DNA of 60,559 nucleotides from a virus (Duplodnaviria; Caudoviricetes): IMG/VR virus record IMGVR_UViG_3300020469_005303, positions 1 to 60,559 of that record; one strand, 5' to 3'. Shown piece by piece: positions 55,747 to 60,559 of this stretch (position 1 is its first letter; each line of letters starts with the position of its first letter). The notes under the pieces were generated by a model. It saw only the letters and a program-made list of their open reading frames with translations, ran no database searches and was not told where the DNA came from. The position numbers and the translations under genes were made by a program.

Positions 55747-56438
55747 AATCAAGTTTAAAAAATGTTGAGAAGGTGTATCATCTTGCTGATATACATATTC
55801 GTAATGTAAAACGACACACCGAGTATTCTTTGGTATTTGAAAATTTTTACAAACAAGTTAAAAATGATAATCTTGATAATGCAATTATTTTTATTGGTGG
55901 GGATATCGCTCATGCTAAAACAGAAATGAGTCCCGAGTTAATAAAACAAATTTCTTCGTTTCTTAGAGAATGCTCAAAGTTACACCCAACTATCGTTATA
56001 GCAGGTAACCACGATTGTAATTTAAATAATCCTGATCGTCTGGATGTATTGTCACCTATCATGGATATGATGGATGATGATAATTTATTTTATTTAAAAG
56101 ATACAGGAATATATAAATTGGGTGATGTTGCTATTGGTGTGTTTGGAATATTTGAAGAACCGTCTGAGTATATCCACGGAGATAAAATAGATGATACCGA
56201 AATAAAAACCAAGATAGCAGTTTACCACGGAGCAGTCAGACGAAGTATGACTGACATAGGATATATAGTCGTGGGTGGAGATGTAAGTTTACCACAATTT
56301 GATGGATATGATATTGTAATGCTAGGAGACATCCATAAGTACCAAGTACTTCAGGAATATAAAACAGAACATCGTTTTGTTCCAGAAAGCAAAGTTGATT
56401 CGTATAAATTAGACGGTTGGGATGTTTGTGATGAATAG
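55734..56438 (+). CDS. Mre11/SbcD (gp47-like) nuclease, N-terminal fragment
   Basis: LADIH, GGDI, AGNHD, YHG, LGDIH motifs; stops before the YSGS motif. Confidence 0.9.
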   Translation: MHELKSSLKNVEKVYHLADIHIRNVKRHTEYSLVFENFYKQVKNDNLDNAIIFIGGDIAHAKTEMSPELIKQISSFLRECSKLHPTIVIAGNHDCNLNNPDRLDVLSPIMDMMDDDNLFYLKDTGIYKLGDVAIGVFGIFEEPSEYIHGDKIDDTEIKTKIAVYHGAVRRSMTDIGYIVVGGDVSLPQFDGYDIVMLGDIHKYQVLQEYKTEHRFVPESKVDSYKLDGWDVCDE

Positions 56439-57306
56439 ATTTTTAATAAAATGCGAAGACATTGATATTGGTGATGTTTTATTTGCAAGTAGTGTTGCAA
56501 AAAAAATAAAGCAGGAAAATCCTCCATGTGAAGTTAATTTTAATATAAATTATTTGCAACCACTTGAATTACTTAACAACAACCCGTATATTGATTATGC
56601 TTACTTTAAAGATAGTAAAGGTGAATATACAAAAACTTATACAATAAACAAAAGTAGTCATGATTTAAATTTATCCACATCGGTGGTTTCTCAGTACCAA
56701 CAAATGTGTGAAATCAAAAGTTTCAATGATACCTTTGAAATTTTTACAAATCCCATAAGTGATTATTCTATTGAATGTAGTATGAAAGAGTTAGTGGAAA
56801 TAGACTATTGGAAATCTGATATGATTAAAATATGCTATGTGATGGATTGGGATCGAAAACGTTATATCTTAAATAATTCAACTGACCAATCAAATAGTAG
56901 AAATGCTCATTCAATAACAGAACAACTTAGAGGAAATCGTGATATAATGTTGTTTGCAATTGGAATCGAGTCAAAAGAATCTAAAAACTTTCCTAGCATA
57001 AATTCGTCAAATAAATTTAGTTTCACGGCCAGTTTAATAAAAAATTCAGATTATGTAATTGGACCCGAAGGTTGTTTAACTAACTTATCATCAGCACTTG
57101 GAATCAAAACAATAATAACGACCGATTACATTCATTATACATACGGTACCGATGGAACGAAAACTGACAAAGAAAAAAAATATACAGAACCATTTTTAGG
57201 TCCTTTAAAATATTTTCCAAATTCAGGTCACATTCATCTTGATCCCTATTTAAATGATCATGAAGTGGGAAGCGAAATTTTAAAAATTGTCACACATGGA
57301 AGATAA
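56431..57306 (+). CDS. GT9 (heptosyltransferase)-like GT-B protein inserted within the sbcD/sbcC locus
   Basis: IGDVLFASSVAKKIK...LLNNNPYID; TASLIKNSDYVIGPEGCLTNLSSALG; in-frame ATG also at 56422. Confidence 0.7.
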   Translation: MNRFLIKCEDIDIGDVLFASSVAKKIKQENPPCEVNFNINYLQPLELLNNNPYIDYAYFKDSKGEYTKTYTINKSSHDLNLSTSVVSQYQQMCEIKSFNDTFEIFTNPISDYSIECSMKELVEIDYWKSDMIKICYVMDWDRKRYILNNSTDQSNSRNAHSITEQLRGNRDIMLFAIGIESKESKNFPSINSSNKFSFTASLIKNSDYVIGPEGCLTNLSSALGIKTIITTDYIHYTYGTDGTKTDKEKKYTEPFLGPLKYFPNSGHIHLDPYLNDHEVGSEILKIVTHGR

Positions 57307-59896
57307 AGAAAATTACGTAAAAATAAAAAGACACAACAAGAATAAACCTGTTGTAGTTTATTCTGGTAGTATGATTCAGCAGAATCATGGAGAAAAACCA
57401 ATAGGTCATGGTTATGTTTTGTGGGACTTACCTTCAAAGAAACACATTCATCACGAAGTTCATAATGATTATGGTTATTACACGATTGAAGTTCGTGATG
57501 GAAAATGTGTAAGTGATCTTGATAAACTTCCCAACAAAGCAAGGTTGAGAGTCAAGGTATACAATACAACTGCAACTGAGACTAAAGAAATAATTGCAGA
57601 CATTCGTCAACGAACAAGTATAAGTGACTTGAATGTTACAAGATGCGATGCAATATCTGAGGCAAAAAAATATGATCGAGATAACAAATTTGATTTTGGT
57701 GATATATCACAGGTGCAAGTTCAAAATGAACTGATTGAAGATTATCTTCGTAGAAACTTCGTTGTAGACGATGATCAAGTTCAAACTGCACTTGATATTA
57801 ATAAAGAAGTAAATGATAAACTGATTGTAAAAGAAGTTCTTAGAAATTGCATTTGGAAACCAAAGAAGTTTGAATTTGGCAATATGTTTAGCTACGGAGA
57901 TGCAAATGTAATCGATTTTACTAATATGAAAAGTGTTATGGGGTTGTTTGCTTCAAATGCAAGTGGTAAAAGTAGTGTAATGAGTGCATTAAGTTTTTGT
58001 TTATTTGACAAATGCGATAGAGCATTTAAAGCAGCCCATGTACTTAATACACAAACAGAATCTTTTTACTGCAAAATAAATTTTGAAATCTCAGGAGTGA
58101 ACTACTATATAGATAGAACTGCAACTACTAAAAAGAATGGTGATGTAACTGTCGTTGTTGACTTTTGGAAGTTAGATGAAGATGGTCAACAAGTATCTTT
58201 AAATGGTGAACAACGAGCGGGAACAAATGCTTCTATTCGTGATCATGTTGGTTCATATGATGATTTTGTTTTAACCACACTTAGTCTACAAAATAATAAT
58301 GCTATTTTTATAGATAAAAGTCAAAGTGAACGAAAAGATTTACTTGCACAATTTATGGGCATTGATACATTTGATCAATTGCACACAACTGCATCTGAAG
58401 ATATCAAAGAAATTAATGCACTATTAAAAAGATTTAATCGTGAAGACTTTGATGAAACTTTAGCTGATGTTCAATCAAAACTTGAAGAAACAAATAAAAA
58501 ATATACTCAACAAGATAGTATAACGAATTTGGCATTGCTTGAGCAAAAGAAATTTAACAAACAACTTGCAGATAAAAACTCTCAATTTAAAAATTGTTCC
58601 TTCGATGAAACTTCGGTCAATATAGATGAACTTGAGTTTAACAAAAAGAATTTAAAAGAAAGATTGATTGTAGCAAAAGAAAATAGAGAAGAAGAATCAC
58701 ACAGAAAACAAAAATTAACAACAGTCAGAAAAGAAAAAGTTTCGGACTTAGTCAAGTTGGATGGTGTTGACGAAAAGTATGTTAAAGTTCTAAAAATTCG
58801 TGAGGATATAAATTTGGTTGATAAAGACTTAGCAGTTTTGCGTACATCTGTGAATGCTAAACTAGATAAACTAAAACACTACGATAGTCACGAATATGAT
58901 CCCAAATGTAAATTTTGCGTGAACAATTCAAAAAATCTAATAGAAAGTGCTGAACAAACTAAAGAAGAATTAGATAAAGATAAAGCAGCGGCGGATAAAC
59001 TTGTAACTCAGAAAAACGAGTTATCTAAAATATTAGATGAGTATAAAAATGTTGAATCCGAATATGAACTGCACGGTAACTTAAAAAACGAAACAACACA
59101 ACTTACATATGAAATAAACGAAGCAGACTCGAAAGTACTTGCGTTATCAAGCATGATAGAATCATTAGAAAAAGATATCGTTATCAACAATAAAACTATT
59201 GAAGAGTATTATGAGTGCAAAGACATCATTGAGTTTAATAAAAAACTGCAAATTGAAGTTAATGCTATTGAAAATAAACTACTTGGTATAAATGAATCTG
59301 CAAATACCGAAACTGAAAAACTACAAACTTTATTTGGTGAAGTAAAAATTGTTGAAAAAGAATATGAAGATGTAATTGCGTCAATAGAAGAAGCAAAAGG
59401 ATATGAACGAAAAAAACGAGGATACGAGTTGTATCTTGATGCGGTTAAACGTGATGGTATTTCATATGAACTTATTTCCAAAACGATACCAAGTATTGAA
59501 AGTGAAGTTAATAATATTCTTTCTCAGATTGTTGACTTCGGAATGCAATTAGAAATGGACGGAAAGCATATCTATTCAAAGATTACATATGAAGACAGAC
59601 ATTGGCCATTAGAAATGTGCAGTGGAATGGAACGTTTCATTAGCAGTATCGCAATGCGAGTAGCACTTATTAATGTAAGCAGTCTTCCTCGGTCTAATTT
59701 CCTCGTTATTGACGAAGGATGGGGTTCATTAGATGGAGACAACATAAGTAGTGTATTTAATCTGTTTACCTATTTAAAAGGGCAGTTTGAGTTCATAATG
59801 GTTATAAGTCATTTGGATGTAATGCGTGATATGGTGGACGAGATTATAGAAATTCAAAAAGAAGGTTCTTTTAGTAAGATAAAATACGGAGCATAA
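57296..59896 (+). CDS. SbcD C-terminal fragment fused to Rad50/SbcC (gp46-like) ATPase
   Basis: N-terminal YSGSMIQQNHGE..HGYVLWD (SbcD); NASGKSS Walker A, CKFC zinc hook, CSGMERF signature, VIDEGWG Walker B, ISH. Confidence 0.92.
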   Translation: MEDKENYVKIKRHNKNKPVVVYSGSMIQQNHGEKPIGHGYVLWDLPSKKHIHHEVHNDYGYYTIEVRDGKCVSDLDKLPNKARLRVKVYNTTATETKEIIADIRQRTSISDLNVTRCDAISEAKKYDRDNKFDFGDISQVQVQNELIEDYLRRNFVVDDDQVQTALDINKEVNDKLIVKEVLRNCIWKPKKFEFGNMFSYGDANVIDFTNMKSVMGLFASNASGKSSVMSALSFCLFDKCDRAFKAAHVLNTQTESFYCKINFEISGVNYYIDRTATTKKNGDVTVVVDFWKLDEDGQQVSLNGEQRAGTNASIRDHVGSYDDFVLTTLSLQNNNAIFIDKSQSERKDLLAQFMGIDTFDQLHTTASEDIKEINALLKRFNREDFDETLADVQSKLEETNKKYTQQDSITNLALLEQKKFNKQLADKNSQFKNCSFDETSVNIDELEFNKKNLKERLIVAKENREEESHRKQKLTTVRKEKVSDLVKLDGVDEKYVKVLKIREDINLVDKDLAVLRTSVNAKLDKLKHYDSHEYDPKCKFCVNNSKNLIESAEQTKEELDKDKAAADKLVTQKNELSKILDEYKNVESEYELHGNLKNETTQLTYEINEADSKVLALSSMIESLEKDIVINNKTIEEYYECKDIIEFNKKLQIEVNAIENKLLGINESANTETEKLQTLFGEVKIVEKEYEDVIASIEEAKGYERKKRGYELYLDAVKRDGISYELISKTIPSIESEVNNILSQIVDFGMQLEMDGKHIYSKITYEDRHWPLEMCSGMERFISSIAMRVALINVSSLPRSNFLVIDEGWGSLDGDNISSVFNLFTYLKGQFEFIMVISHLDVMRDMVDEIIEIQKEGSFSKIKYGA

Positions 59897-59939
59897 AACA
59901 TATTTAGATATATATTTATTATGTACCTAAGTTGTATTT

Positions 59940-60559
59940 ATGGAAAATTCCGAAAAAAATCAAGAAGTTCAAGAAACCCTTATAAAAGCAGGATTACGTA
60001 AGGGATACTTTACACTTGTAGAGGGTGTATATGATCCTGGTATTTTAAAAGCCGTATTTCTTGCAGGAGGACCAGGATCAGGCAAATCAGCAACTGTTAA
60101 TACTTTGTTTGATTTAGCTCCTCCTACTAAAAACCTTTCACCAAGTGGATTGAAGGTGGTGAATAGTGATCCTGCGTTTGAAATACTTCTTAAAAAAGCG
60201 GGATACGATTTAAATCTTGCTAAAATGGATGATGAAACTTTTCAAAAAGTAACAAGTGATGATCCAAATAGTATACGTTCTCGGGCAAAAAAAATAATGC
60301 TTAAACAATTTGAGTTATTCAAAGAAGGACGACTTGGAGTCATTGTTGACGGGACGGGTGATGATTACAATAAAATATCAAAACAGAAGAAGGCTTTAGA
60401 AAAACTTGGTTATGATTGTTATATGGTATTTGTAAATACATCACTTGACGTTGCTCAACAAAGAAACGCATCACGTGAACGAAAATTAAAACGATCATTA
60501 GTTAAAAATATTTGGACAGATGTTCAAAAAAATCTTGGAGCATTTCAAAATACATTCGG
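59940..60559 (+). CDS. P-loop kinase (zeta toxin/AAA_33-like), 3' end outside window
   Basis: Manual translation: MENSEKNQ...KAVFLAGGPGSGKS...VNSD...VIVDGTG...MVFVNTSLDVAQQRN; ATATTTAT at 59912. Confidence 0.85.
   Translation, partial: MENSEKNQEVQETLIKAGLRKGYFTLVEGVYDPGILKAVFLAGGPGSGKSATVNTLFDLAPPTKNLSPSGLKVVNSDPAFEILLKKAGYDLNLAKMDDETFQKVTSDDPNSIRSRAKKIMLKQFELFKEGRLGVIVDGTGDDYNKISKQKKALEKLGYDCYMVFVNTSLDVAQQRNASRERKLKRSLVKNIWTDVQKNLGAFQNTF

Noticed and set aside
56439-57295. Group I/II intron, split intein or gene 60-like ribosomal hop explaining the sbcD break
   Set aside because: The gap is wholly occupied by an ORF, leaving no room for a ribozyme core. The tags are too short and lack intein motifs. 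A GAA...GAA codon match exists, but an ~860-nt bypass is implausible.
1-60559. Stop-codon reassignment; tRNA genes; the many 60-180-aa opposite-strand or nested ORFs
   Set aside because: The standard code gives near-complete coding density including 9-11-kb ORFs, and TAA, TAG and TGA all end genes. Intergenic gaps are short with no cloverleaf seen. The small ORFs lie within well-supported genes.

Overview
AT-rich, gene-dense fragment of a large tailed dsDNA phage (myovirus, distantly T4-like or jumbo-type; host not determinable from this window). No capsid, terminase, tRNA, rRNA, CRISPR or integrase genes were seen. 1-10.6 kb (minus strand) is a glycan-modification island: cytidylyltransferase, ManC-type cupin, sulfotransferase, DHH phosphoesterase, UDP-sugar dehydrogenase, a beta-helix protein, a lipoprotein with a C-terminal TM segment, and several glycosyltransferases. 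From 10.6 kb (plus strand): PhoH, virion or fibre-like proteins, an HD hydrolase, Hsp20, a membrane protein followed by a Pro/Thr/Ser tract, a gp55-like sigma factor, a baseplate module (split gp5-like spike, gp25, gp6, giant 3694-aa and 3132-aa structural proteins), then RuvC-like resolvase, primase, a fractured SbcD/SbcC and a P-loop kinase. Most notable: (i) the Mre11/SbcD nuclease is cut in two around a glycosyltransferase gene, with short non-intein extensions at both new ends; (ii) a ~140-aa 'SWKNFRE...GTHYTLNEL' domain I do not recognise occurs 10 times across three virion genes, inserted inside other folds; (iii) a likely A10 frameshift appends a mucin-like tail to a membrane protein; (iv) a recurrent upstream ATA(T/C)TTAT motif, the inverse of the T4 late promoter; (v) twin bulged hairpins precede hsp20. 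All family assignments come from motif recognition by eye, not database searches.
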